A DNA stretch of 43,521 nucleotides, from IMG/VR virus record IMGVR_UViG_3300045988_124583, positions 1 to 43,521 of that record; one strand, 5' to 3'. The translations under genes were made by a program, and so were the position numbers. Positions 8,576-16,877 of the stretch are shown one piece after another. Origin of the DNA: a virus. Position 1 is the stretch's first letter. Every line of letters starts with the position of its first letter. The notes beneath the pieces were generated by a model that did no database searches, was not told the DNA's origin, and saw only the letters and a program-made list of their open reading frames with translations.

Positions 8576-9148
8576 TCATTCTCCTTTCGCCGCGTCCCAA
8601 TCTAAGCGTTGACCGCACACCGGGCAATACTGATGAATTTCATAATCAAGCTCATATCTGTCACCACAATTCGGACATATCCAAGTGTCATAAATAAGCT
8701 CTCCGCTATCATCATATCCATCGCCTTCAAAGTTGGGCTTTTGGGGTATCTGCTTTTGCAAAGCCTCCGCGATCTTCTTTTCGTTCAAGACGATTTTCGT
8801 CTCGATCCCATTTTCAACGGCAATTTGCTTGATTTCGCCAAGGATCATGCCATCAACCGCCTTGACTCTTTCAATGGCTATTTTTTCGATCATGCTGTCT
8901 AAATAATACATATCACTTACCGCTTTTCCTGCATACATATCGCTCTCCGCTTTTTTTGCTTCTTCAAACAACTTGCAGGCATTATGACCCCAAGTGATAT
9001 GCTTTATTATCGGTTCTCCGTTATGTTTCTGCACATGACGGTTCCTGCCGCCATGGCACAAAAGGTACGGCCGCTTTGAACACGTGCCGCTGTGCCCATT
9101 TTCTTGCACAAAATATTCACACTCTTTACAAGTCGACATATCACTCAC
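8576..9148 (-). CDS. Hypothetical zinc-ribbon protein (190 aa)
   Basis: N-terminal CKEC...C...C and C-terminal CPNCG...CPVCG Cys pairs. Confidence 0.65.
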   Translation of the reverse strand: MSDMSTCKECEYFVQENGHSGTCSKRPYLLCHGGRNRHVQKHNGEPIIKHITWGHNACKLFEEAKKAESDMYAGKAVSDMYYLDSMIEKIAIERVKAVDGMILGEIKQIAVENGIETKIVLNEKKIAEALQKQIPQKPNFEGDGYDDSGELIYDTWICPNCGDRYELDYEIHQYCPVCGQRLDWDAAKGE

Positions 9149-9345
9149 CCCCCTTTATCCTCGAGCAGCAGCTCCAAGGCGCTGATCTGCGCCCGGAGCG
9201 CGGCATTCTCTGCCAAAAGCCCTTGCAGCCGCAAAGCCACGGTCGTGATCTTAATCCAACGATTATAGGGAATGCCGCTGTCGGCATATTTCCTCAGCCA
9301 GTCGATCAGTTCCTCGGTCGTTTCAACCTTTTTTTCGTCTGCCAT
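9145..9345 (-). CDS. Hypothetical protein (66 aa)
   Basis: ORF in the array, overlapping the downstream start by 4 nt. C-terminus is a leucine-rich helix. Confidence 0.55.
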   Translation of the reverse strand: MADEKKVETTEELIDWLRKYADSGIPYNRWIKITTVALRLQGLLAENAALRAQISALELLLEDKGG

Positions 9346-9361
9346 TTAGCACACTTCCTTT

Positions 9362-10183
9362 CTATTTGACTTTCCTATCCTTCATAGCCATTTCCAAAAT
9401 AGCCTGATAGTGTGTTTTTTTCTTATAACGCTTGCCGCTTTTCTCGCATTCAACGACAATGCCGAAGTACTTTTCCATTTCATCAAGGGTCAGATAGTCA
9501 CAGAGATAGGCAAATTGCTCGCTGCTCATAAGTACGACTCCTTGACCAAGCTCGCCACCTAAATACTTGCGTCGCAGCCCTTCTTTGATCTCCCGCCTAT
9601 AAGCCTCGGCGTCCTCGCCTTCAAAGCCTTCCTGTTTGACCCGATTTTCAACGTATGCTTCCTCGCGCGCTATAGAACGATTGAATGAATGAAATTCTTG
9701 TTCTTCTCCTTCTTCTTCTATAGCGTTACCGCTCGTTACATCAGCGTTACCAGTAGCGTTACTTGTAGCGTTACATTGCGTTACATCAGCGTTACTTTTG
9801 TTAGCTCTGCACCTTGCAACTCTTTCCCGCGTTTGCTTGCGGATTTTTTCAAGCCCCTCAATGTTCTGATATTTCTCCCAATTCAAGATCTGAATAAATC
9901 CCGCATCGTCCTTGAAAAGCATATCGTGTTCCTCGAACACCTTGATAGCGGCATCTACAACCGCGCGTGGCTTTTTCAGCTCGTCGGCAAGAGAAACAGA
10001 GTCAAACGGTTTTTTGGAAGTAATATAAACCGCGCCGTCGTCGTTAATTTCTCCCGCAAGGCAGAGAAGCTTGAACCAAATCACGATGAACGTGTCGCCG
10101 TTCTTCATGCGCTCTATCGCGCTGATCTTACGGCTCGTTCGAAATGTTTTTAAGTAAAGCTTTATCCACTCGGCTTCTGCCAT
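9362..10183 (-). CDS. Phage replisome organizer (N-terminal domain type)
   Basis: 273 aa. The N-terminus MAEAEWIKLYLKTFRTSRKISAIERMKNGDTFIVIWFKLLCLAGEINDDG matches, from memory, the replisome-organizer N-terminal domain pattern. An internal iteron array is typical for such genes. Confidence 0.7.
   Translation of the reverse strand: MAEAEWIKLYLKTFRTSRKISAIERMKNGDTFIVIWFKLLCLAGEINDDGAVYITSKKPFDSVSLADELKKPRAVVDAAIKVFEEHDMLFKDDAGFIQILNWEKYQNIEGLEKIRKQTRERVARCRANKSNADVTQCNATSNATGNADVTSGNAIEEEGEEQEFHSFNRSIAREEAYVENRVKQEGFEGEDAEAYRREIKEGLRRKYLGGELGQGVVLMSSEQFAYLCDYLTLDEMEKYFGIVVECEKSGKRYKKKTHYQAILEMAMKDRKVK
9723..9795. repeat. Iteron array (candidate replication origin) inside the replisome-organizer gene
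   Basis: Seven copies of CGTTAC (mostly AGCGTTAC) start at 9724, 9734, 9745, 9757, 9769, 9779 and 9790, a spacing of 10-12 bp. Confidence 0.7.
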
Positions 10184-10192
10184 AAATATCCC

Positions 10193-10891
10193 TCACTTTC
10201 CGCAAGCCTTGACCTTGATCCCCCTCGGCACTTTTCGTTCTACCTTCTGTATAAATTCTGCTTCACGGCTCGTCGCGTCGGACAGGTGCAAAAGGTGAAT
10301 TTCTCTGCACGCCGATAGATCAAGCGTAGAAAGATAGTCACAAAGGGTATCAATCTCCATGTGTGAATTGGTAATACGGTGGCGCACCTTCTCGGGCAGC
10401 TTCGTGCAGCGGTCAAGCACGCACTTGTCATAATTGGCCTCAATCGCGAGGATATTCAGCCCCGGAAACTTGTAGCGCAGATTGACCGTATCGGTCGCAA
10501 AGGCAAGCACGTCGCCGTCCACGCGGCTCTTGATCAGAAAGCCAAGAGGCTCTGCTGCGTCGTGAAAGGTGGTAAAAGGCACAATGTCAAGGCTGCCAAC
10601 GTTAAATTGCTCCATGTGCTCGATAAGCGTTGCCGTGTCTGCGCCAAGTGCCTGCGCAGTGCCTTCGCTCATGTAAACGTCCATGCCGCGCGTCAAGAGA
10701 TCAACGGCGCATTGTGCATGGTCCTTGTGCTCATGGCTTACAAAGCAAGCCGCGAAGTCAGAGAGGGTAAAGCCCGTGAGCTTCTGTAATTGCTTGTAGG
10801 AGACCCCGCATTCGAGAAGAACGCGGGTATCTTTGTCCCCCACAACGTAGGCGTTCCCGTGTGACGAGGACGCTAATGACTTAAATATCAT
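10193..10891 (-). CDS. MBL-fold metallo-hydrolase
   Basis: 232 aa with the HxHxDH motif (SHEHKDHAQ) near the N-terminus. Confidence 0.8.
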   Translation of the reverse strand: MIFKSLASSSHGNAYVVGDKDTRVLLECGVSYKQLQKLTGFTLSDFAACFVSHEHKDHAQCAVDLLTRGMDVYMSEGTAQALGADTATLIEHMEQFNVGSLDIVPFTTFHDAAEPLGFLIKSRVDGDVLAFATDTVNLRYKFPGLNILAIEANYDKCVLDRCTKLPEKVRHRITNSHMEIDTLCDYLSTLDLSACREIHLLHLSDATSREAEFIQKVERKVPRGIKVKACGK

Positions 10892-11375
10892 TATTTTCCC
10901 TCCGATCTTCCATGGCTTTTTTGCTGTTTTCGGATTTTGTCAGCCATTGGCAATTCGAAGGCTCGTAATTACCATTCACGTCAATTCGATCAATAGTAAG
11001 CCCATCGCGATACCCGCTTGCCATAGCCCATTCATAGAACTTTCTAAAATTATCTCGCCATTCATCGCATACGGTAATACCTCTACCGCCATACGAATTA
11101 TAATGGGAATGTTTTTTATAATAACAACGCTGTTTCATGCATTTCCATACATTATGTAATTTCTGATTGTCGCGCGACAGCCCGGGTCTGTATAGACAGC
11201 CACACGATAAAGTTCGTCCTTTTACAAGGTTGAGCATTAAAACGCTTTTTGTTACTCCGCAAGAACATCGGCATAACCAATAAGCACCGCCCGGTCCGTA
11301 TTTGTCATAGCTCAAAACCGTCCAATTACCGAACGTCCTTCCGCTAATGTCAATTCTTTCGCTCATATCGGACAA
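10881..11375 (-). CDS. Cys-rich DNA-binding/HNH-like family protein, function uncertain
   Basis: 164 aa. Contains FGNWTVL...WLCRCSCG...LSCGC and YGGRGITVCDEW...LTIDRIDVNGNYEPSNCQW. From memory I associate this pattern with phage proteins often labelled HNH/AP2-like. Confidence 0.45.
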   Translation of the reverse strand: MSDMSERIDISGRTFGNWTVLSYDKYGPGGAYWLCRCSCGVTKSVLMLNLVKGRTLSCGCLYRPGLSRDNQKLHNVWKCMKQRCYYKKHSHYNSYGGRGITVCDEWRDNFRKFYEWAMASGYRDGLTIDRIDVNGNYEPSNCQWLTKSENSKKAMEDRRENNDI

Positions 11376-11956
11376 GACACCTCCCCTGTACCTGTGTCAA
11401 CTTTTATCTCGGTATCCGGGGCATGGCTTTTTTGGAATTGCGTTGATTTCTTGATCTTATCCTGAATCCACTCGGGAAGCTCCGCGAATACTTCGTCGTT
11501 CCAAGCGTCCATGTCCCACCTGATAGGCTTGGTCTCGGTGGTCGGTGCAGGAAAGCCCCTCGGTATAGGCATAAGGTTGTCCACGTTGGCATATTCCTTG
11601 GTCTCGTTCAATACCACGTTGAGCTGACAAGCCTTACCGATCTGATCGAACAGATCGAACTCCATAAATTCCTCGTCGGAATAGCTCTTGCCGTTCCACG
11701 ATTCTACGAACTTTCGCAGATTGCTCTTATTTGACCCCGAAATAGTAAACTCTTTGGAAAGCTGTCGGGGCTTGGTCTCGCCGTCGATCTCAATGGTTTC
11801 TCCGGGCAGCTCCCATACGTACATACCCTTGTAGGAATAGTTTTTGAACTTCTCGGAATACTGCTCTCCAAGATCAATGAACCCGATGCATACTGCCATA
11901 TAAACGCCCGGCTCTACAGGCGGCACTTTCGGTTTTGCTCTGTCCTTAATTTTCAT
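11363..11956 (-). CDS. Hypothetical protein, possibly DUF669-like ssDNA-binding accessory of the recombination module
   Basis: 197 aa, located between the SbcC-like ATPase and the HNH-like/MBL genes. The family assignment is from memory and weak. Confidence 0.35.
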   Translation of the reverse strand: MKIKDRAKPKVPPVEPGVYMAVCIGFIDLGEQYSEKFKNYSYKGMYVWELPGETIEIDGETKPRQLSKEFTISGSNKSNLRKFVESWNGKSYSDEEFMEFDLFDQIGKACQLNVVLNETKEYANVDNLMPIPRGFPAPTTETKPIRWDMDAWNDEVFAELPEWIQDKIKKSTQFQKSHAPDTEIKVDTGTGEVSCPI

Positions 11957-13883
11957 AGTTTACTCTCAGCTCCTTATCTGCTTCCGACACAACAAGTCGG
12001 ATAATTTGATTGTTTGAATGTTCAAGTCTTGTCACGCTCTCTGCGTTATCCACAAACAGAGGAACGCTTACACCGTAGGCGGTGGATAGAGTGTTGATAA
12101 TGTCGATACCCACGTTGATCTTTGCACCGCTGTTCAGGTTGATATAGGGCACGCCCTCGTACACGACGTCGCAACGGTCCTCAATGCCGCCGTTTGCCTG
12201 CTCTCGGAACAGACGGAATTTTGCAACGCGGAACATACTGTTGATGCTGTCCTCAACGAACTGGGTCTTGTATCTCGTGTATTCCTCGATCAGATACAGC
12301 ATGTTTTCGATGGATTCAAGAGCAGCAGCAGCGTTGCGTGCGTCCTCTTGCAGCTCTTCCACGCGGCGGTGGGAGTATTCAAGCAAGGATTCCTTGCCCA
12401 GCACCTCCATGCGTGCGGCAATCTCTCTCTTGACCGCCAAAACCTGCTGCGCAAGGTCACTACGAACAGCGGAGGTATTCATCATCATGTCGGCAAGCTC
12501 GCCGTTCAAAGCAGCGATTCTGTCCGTGATAGCCTTATGCTTGTCCGCATATCCCGCCATGTCCTCAGGCTCTACGCGGGAAGCCTCTGCGCGGTCGATC
12601 TCTGCTTGCTTTGCCTCAATGCAGGTCTTAACAAGGGTGATCTCGTCCTCAATGGTTCCGATTCTCGCCTCAACGTCTGCCTTGGAGTCTTTGAGCGTGT
12701 TGGCTGCATTCTCAATCTCGCGGTGGCGTCTGCGCTTGTCCGCTTCAAAAGCGTCCTTGGCTGCCTGAATTTGCGCGGTGGGGAGCGTTTGACCGCAGGT
12801 GGGACATACGCCGCCCGCAAAGGTTTCGTTGTTTACAGCGTGCCAGCGTTCGCGGCAAGCGGATATTTTATCGTTAAGATCGGGAAGCTTTTTCTTTTGG
12901 CTCGCAAGCGCAGCCTCCTTGGTCTTAAGCTCGGTCTGATAACGCACAAGCTCGCGTCGCAGCGCAGCCACGTCCACGCTGCCCTTGATCTGTGAGTCAC
13001 GGTACAGGTTGTTATCGCTCTCAAGCAGCTTCAGCTCGAACTGCGCTTCCTTGATCTCCATGCGCTTAGCCTCGGCAGCGGTGTCATGCTCAATGGCAAT
13101 CACTTCCGCTTCCAGTCTGTCCTTCTTGCCGGTCAGCGCGATCACCTCGGCACGCGTTCCCGCAAAGTCGATCTGCTGCACGTCCGCAATGGTTTTCTGA
13201 CATTCGCTGATACGCGCGGGGATCTCGGTCTTATCGACTACGAATCCGCGCTTCTCGGCGGTAAGCTTCTTTTTGTAGTCCTCAACGGAAAGCTTGCCCA
13301 TGCCCTCGGCAAGAGGAATAAACCGCACGTCCGTCGCCATGATGTGCGCATCGTCGGAAACCGCCGCAACCTTAAAGAGAACGGCGCGTCTGTCTTGCCA
13401 TGTGATACCGTCCGCAAAGTGCGATACGCTCGTCAGCAGTCGGAACGTGTCCTCGCTCACCAATTCGTCAACCTTGTCGCCAAAGGTGTATTTCTTCACG
13501 GGAACACCGTTTATGTAATACTCGCTCGTGTTGCCGTCGTAGGTCTGCTCGCTGCGGCCGCGCTTGGTAGTCCATATTTCTTTGAGAGTGCGGCGCAACG
13601 TGATCTCTTCGCCGTCTGCAATCAGAACAGCCTCAACCGCCGTTTCTGCCAAATGGTCAAGAACCTCGCCGTTCTCTCCCAATGGCTTGATCTCAATGTT
13701 CTTCTCGCCGTTGCCCTTGCTGTCCTTGCCGAACAGCAGCCAAGTCAGCGCGTCGTAAATACTGGTCTTGCCCGAGGCATTGTCGCCGTAAATAGAAGCG
13801 TTGCTGCCGTTAAATTCGAGCGTCAGACTCTTGTGGCACTTGAAATTTTCAAGCGCAAGTCGCATAATTTTGATGTTTTTCAT
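11946..13883 (-). CDS. SbcC/Rad50-like AAA ATPase with a central zinc hook
   Basis: 645 aa. N-terminal LENFKCH...IYGDNASGKTSIYDAL (Walker A), a long coiled-coil middle, CPTC at nt 12795-12806 (aa 360-363), and a C-terminal signature/Walker B-like region (...PLFVDNAES). Confidence 0.8.
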   Translation of the reverse strand: MKNIKIMRLALENFKCHKSLTLEFNGSNASIYGDNASGKTSIYDALTWLLFGKDSKGNGEKNIEIKPLGENGEVLDHLAETAVEAVLIADGEEITLRRTLKEIWTTKRGRSEQTYDGNTSEYYINGVPVKKYTFGDKVDELVSEDTFRLLTSVSHFADGITWQDRRAVLFKVAAVSDDAHIMATDVRFIPLAEGMGKLSVEDYKKKLTAEKRGFVVDKTEIPARISECQKTIADVQQIDFAGTRAEVIALTGKKDRLEAEVIAIEHDTAAEAKRMEIKEAQFELKLLESDNNLYRDSQIKGSVDVAALRRELVRYQTELKTKEAALASQKKKLPDLNDKISACRERWHAVNNETFAGGVCPTCGQTLPTAQIQAAKDAFEADKRRRHREIENAANTLKDSKADVEARIGTIEDEITLVKTCIEAKQAEIDRAEASRVEPEDMAGYADKHKAITDRIAALNGELADMMMNTSAVRSDLAQQVLAVKREIAARMEVLGKESLLEYSHRRVEELQEDARNAAAALESIENMLYLIEEYTRYKTQFVEDSINSMFRVAKFRLFREQANGGIEDRCDVVYEGVPYINLNSGAKINVGIDIINTLSTAYGVSVPLFVDNAESVTRLEHSNNQIIRLVVSEADKELRVNYEN

Positions 13884-13900
13884 TCCTTTTTCCCTTTCCC

Positions 13901-14239
13901 TTATTTCGAGTAAAATTTTTCTTTGTCGGAGATATAGAACACAAAATAAAAGTGTTTGCCGTAATCCTCGATCATGTCGCCCGTTCTCGAAAGTCCGTGT
14001 TCTTGTGCGATATGCAGCACAGATTCAATCAAGTCGTGTCGGTCAGGATAATATGTAGGTGAGCTTGTGGGAATATCGTATTTGGTCAATATAATGACTT
14101 GGTTCAGATTGTCATAAAATCCGGACAAATCGAATTCCACTTTTTCAATGAATTTGCAAAGAAGCAGATCTGCTCTGAGCGCTTCGATTCTTTCAAGAAT
14201 TCCGAACCTTTTTGCCGTTTCTCTCTCGGTGTTCATCAT
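13901..14239 (-). CDS. Hypothetical protein (112 aa)
   Basis: ORF in the array. I recognise no motif. Confidence 0.55.
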   Translation of the reverse strand: MMNTERETAKRFGILERIEALRADLLLCKFIEKVEFDLSGFYDNLNQVIILTKYDIPTSSPTYYPDRHDLIESVLHIAQEHGLSRTGDMIEDYGKHFYFVFYISDKEKFYSK

Positions 14240-14256
14240 TGGTACTCCTTAAATGA

Positions 14257-14439
14257 TTAGATTTTCTGTTTTTTCTTGGACGCGATCTTGCGATACTCGT
14301 CCGGGTGGTTGCTGTAGTACATACTCATGGCCTCGCCGATCCGCGCCGCCATTCTGTCAAGTTGTTCGGGGGTGAGCTTGTCAACGGGCTGCCCTCCGAC
14401 AAAGATCGTATATGTAAGCTTCTGTTCTGTCCTTGGCAT
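14257..14439 (-). CDS. Hypothetical protein (60 aa)
   Basis: ATG is preceded by GGGAGGGGG. ORF in the array. Confidence 0.55.
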   Translation of the reverse strand: MPRTEQKLTYTIFVGGQPVDKLTPEQLDRMAARIGEAMSMYYSNHPDEYRKIASKKKQKI

Positions 14440-14495
14440 ATAGCCCCCTCCCTTCGGTCTGTTTGTTTCATACTATGTAGGGTCATTCGTCCTTG

Positions 14496-15836
14496 TTACA
14501 AGTGCCATTCACTATCCCTTACCTGAAAAGCGTCGCCGCATTGGATAATATCGGGGTAATTGCTCATAGCGATCTGCTTGGCGAACTTATCAATCTCATA
14601 AGCGTAGTATTTGACGTTCGTGAATCCCATCTTATCCAAACAGTAGCGACCAGTACCGATGCCGTCGTACATGGATAGCACCACGATTTCCTCGTCGCGT
14701 GGAACGTCTTTCAAAATGCCGTTGAGAATGTGTATGATAACCTCTGCCGTCCAGCCGTTGCCAAGCCCCTTGTAGCGTTGTGCATCGCTCACAGCGCGTG
14801 TATAACCGTCGGGCAGCGTTTGCAATCTCTCGCACTCGACCGGGGTAAGCTTGCGGATAATATAAAATCCGTCGGGCAACTTGATCGGGTACTGCTTGTC
14901 CTTGATCGTGATAATGCCGTCTCTGACTTCGTAAACGGTATAAACCTTACCGTCAGCACCGCTCACAGCCTTGGTGGGCTTACCGTTCTCGTCCCATTCG
15001 ATTGCGGTAGCGTAGTAGGGAAGAATCTCGATTACACCTTGCTTACCCATAAATCCATCGGTTTCAATATCCATTCGCAAGTCGCGTTGCGAACAAGTCT
15101 GATAACCTGCTGTAATTGTACGGCTCTTATCTTGTTGCCTTTGACCGCAAGGCACAGGCTCGGCAACACCTGTAGCACCATAAGTAGATTTGTAGCAACA
15201 CACGTTCGCTACGCTCGTTTTATGGTACTGTGCCTTGATTGTTTGCGATTTTCCGTCGGTGGTGACATTTACAGGCTCAGCAACCATGCTGTCTGTCGGG
15301 ACTGTGGTTAGGCAATTCGCTTTTTCTTCGCCAGTAGACTCGTAGACTTTGTGCCACTTGTCGTCCTCACCTTTTCTACCGCGCCATCCCACACCGACAG
15401 GCTCTATCCCCATCGTGTTTTGCTGTTTCATGAAATACTCACGGTGCGTGGTACGCCCGACGCTTGCTGTGACGCAGCGGGACTTGTCACGATCTGCGAC
15501 GCCTGTTTCAAGAATATCCTTGAGCAGAATCCCTCTATCCTCGGGCTGATCAACTTCCCAGTTAAAGGCGTAAAACCTTTGCCTGTTCTGTGCGCTAACC
15601 AACGCGGAGTTTATGTACATCAGATCAACCCCAAGCTCTTTGCTGATTTGATCCTTAATCGGCTGAGCCGCCGATTTGTTGTTTTCGTAAAGGAAATAAT
15701 CGGGCTTGAATTTTTCCTTGGCTATCAGATAATTCTCGAACAGCTCCCAGCCCAAACCCTCCGGCTCGGTTTCTCGGTTGTTCTTTTGTGCGATGCTCCA
15801 CTTTGTACATGGAGAACCGCCGATTAAAATTCTCAT
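14496..15836 (-). CDS. DNA cytosine-C5 methyltransferase with circularly permuted motif order
   Basis: 446 aa. AGGAGG SD lies 5 nt before the ATG. It starts at motif IV (MRILIGGSPCTKWS). Then come YENN (VI), QNRQRFY (VIII), RKLTPVECERLQTLPDGYT (IX) and GNGWTAEVI (X). It ends with motif I (LSMYDGIGTG, nt 14649-14666) followed by YEID... Confidence 0.8.
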   Translation of the reverse strand: MRILIGGSPCTKWSIAQKNNRETEPEGLGWELFENYLIAKEKFKPDYFLYENNKSAAQPIKDQISKELGVDLMYINSALVSAQNRQRFYAFNWEVDQPEDRGILLKDILETGVADRDKSRCVTASVGRTTHREYFMKQQNTMGIEPVGVGWRGRKGEDDKWHKVYESTGEEKANCLTTVPTDSMVAEPVNVTTDGKSQTIKAQYHKTSVANVCCYKSTYGATGVAEPVPCGQRQQDKSRTITAGYQTCSQRDLRMDIETDGFMGKQGVIEILPYYATAIEWDENGKPTKAVSGADGKVYTVYEVRDGIITIKDKQYPIKLPDGFYIIRKLTPVECERLQTLPDGYTRAVSDAQRYKGLGNGWTAEVIIHILNGILKDVPRDEEIVVLSMYDGIGTGRYCLDKMGFTNVKYYAYEIDKFAKQIAMSNYPDIIQCGDAFQVRDSEWHL

Positions 15837-15857
15837 TTAATCCTCCTTTCAAGTGTA

Positions 15858-15877
15858 AAGTGTCTTATAGGACACTT
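15858..15877. promoter_or_regulatory. Inverted repeat AAGTGTC-N6-GACACTT (operator-like) between the Cro-like gene and the MTase gene
   Basis: Perfect 7-6-7 palindrome. Its GTGTC-N6-GACAC core is shared with the site at 16106-16121. Confidence 0.5.
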
Positions 15878-16073
15878 AGTGGGCAAAAAAAATACCCATA
15901 GGCGATTCGAGGTTTAAGTAGTCCACGATGGTCTGAATCTCGCTCTGGGTAAATTCCGAAGTCCCATTACATTTCCTATAAAATGCAGAACGAGAAATAC
16001 CAATGACTTTGCACATTTCATCAATGGTAACGCCCTTTTTCTTCATTTCGTATTCGAGTAATGCCTTATCCAT
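15876..16073 (-). CDS. Cro-like small HTH regulator (65 aa)
   Basis: ATG at 16073 has an AAAGGAGGA SD. Translation is MDKALLEYEMKKKGVTIDEMCKVIGISRSAFYRKCNG.... It is divergent from the XRE repressor. The longer 197-aa track ORF upstream of this ATG looks non-coding. Confidence 0.7.
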   Translation of the reverse strand: MDKALLEYEMKKKGVTIDEMCKVIGISRSAFYRKCNGTSEFTQSEIQTIVDYLNLESPMGIFFAH

Positions 16074-16257
16074 AATTCCGTCCTCCTTTCTTAGTAAGTC
16101 GAATTGTGTCGTAAAGGACACTTTTATGGTAGCATATCCCAAATCGTTTGTCAAGAGGTTTTTTGTCTTTTTAGAAACTTTTTTTGAATTTTTGCGAAAA
16201 TAGTTGCACAAAGGACACTTTTGTGCTATAATGGGGACGAAACGGAGGTGAGATAAC
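16074..16257. promoter_or_regulatory. Divergent promoter/operator region of the lysis-lysogeny switch
   Basis: Plus-strand promoter: TTGCAC (16204-16209), 17 nt, TGcTATAAT (-10 at 16227-16232). Minus-strand promoter: TTGACA (16149-16154 complement), 17 nt, TGcTACCAT (-10 at 16126-16131 complement). GTGTC-N6-GACAC lies at 16106-16121, and GCACAAA-N7-TTTGTGC (containing GGACAC) at 16206-16226 within the plus-promoter spacer. Confidence 0.65.
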
Positions 16258-16644
16258 ATGAAAGTGAAAGATTTAGTACAAAGAACTGAAGTGCCGATCG
16301 GAGATATGGCGCGTAAAATACGAGAACTCCGCCAAGATCGCGGACTCACGTTAGAGCAGGTCGCTACCGTTGTCGGTGTTGGAAAAAGCACCGTGCGCAA
16401 ATGGGAAACTGGCATGATCGCCAATATGAAAAGAGATAAAATAGCAGCCCTTGCAAAAGCATTGGGCACTACGCCCGCTTATCTTATGGGCTGGGAAGAA
16501 GCCGACAAGGAAAAAGAATCCCCCGCCGAGATAAATCTCACCGAGGGAGAAAAGATGTTGCTTGATCTGTTCAGGCGGATTCCTGAAGAGAATCGGGCGA
16601 TGGTTTTGGAGATGATTCGAGCTGCTGTAAATACTCAACTATAA
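16258..16644 (+). CDS. XRE-family HTH repressor (CI-like)
   Basis: 128 aa. GGAGGTG SD. HTH segment IRELRQDRGLTLEQVATVVGVGKSTVRKWETG. Divergent from the Cro-like gene. Confidence 0.8.
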   Translation: MKVKDLVQRTEVPIGDMARKIRELRQDRGLTLEQVATVVGVGKSTVRKWETGMIANMKRDKIAALAKALGTTPAYLMGWEEADKEKESPAEINLTEGEKMLLDLFRRIPEENRAMVLEMIRAAVNTQL

Positions 16645-16726
16645 CCGCGATTGCGATTTCCAACGCTTTCTCCGGGTTACTTGAGTTACGTATAAAATGT
16701 ATCATTTCTTTTTCGTGATCTGTCAT
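16571..16726 (-). CDS. Possible small protein (51 aa) convergent with and overlapping the repressor 3' end
   Basis: ATG at 16726 (MTDHEKEMIHFIRNSSNPEKALEIAIAVIVEY...) with a weak AAGGG SD. The last ~25 codons are antisense to the repressor gene and low-complexity. Confidence 0.3.
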   Translation of the reverse strand: MTDHEKEMIHFIRNSSNPEKALEIAIAVIVEYLQQLESSPKPSPDSLQESA

Positions 16727-16877
16727 ACCTAAATCCCTTTCACCTATGTAATTGAACGTGTGTTCTGATTCCAATTATAAAACGCTTTCAACGTGCCGTC
16801 AATACCCAAGTTTGTATATTGGCAAACCAATATTTACCACCATTCGGACAAAATTATCATCAAGGAAGGACAAAAAT

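Noticed and set aside
8298-8627. 109-aa minus-strand track ORF
   Set aside because: Its first part overlaps the upstream gene and uses rare ATA/AGG codons. The alternative frame gives a Cys-rich 59-aa protein with a properly placed SD, and only the TM tail of the 109-aa frame looks plausible.
16074-16469. N-terminal 132 aa of the 197-aa minus-strand track ORF (15876-16469)
   Set aside because: This stretch runs through the divergent promoter region and is antisense to the repressor gene. A strong SD and ATG at 16073 define a 65-aa HTH protein instead.
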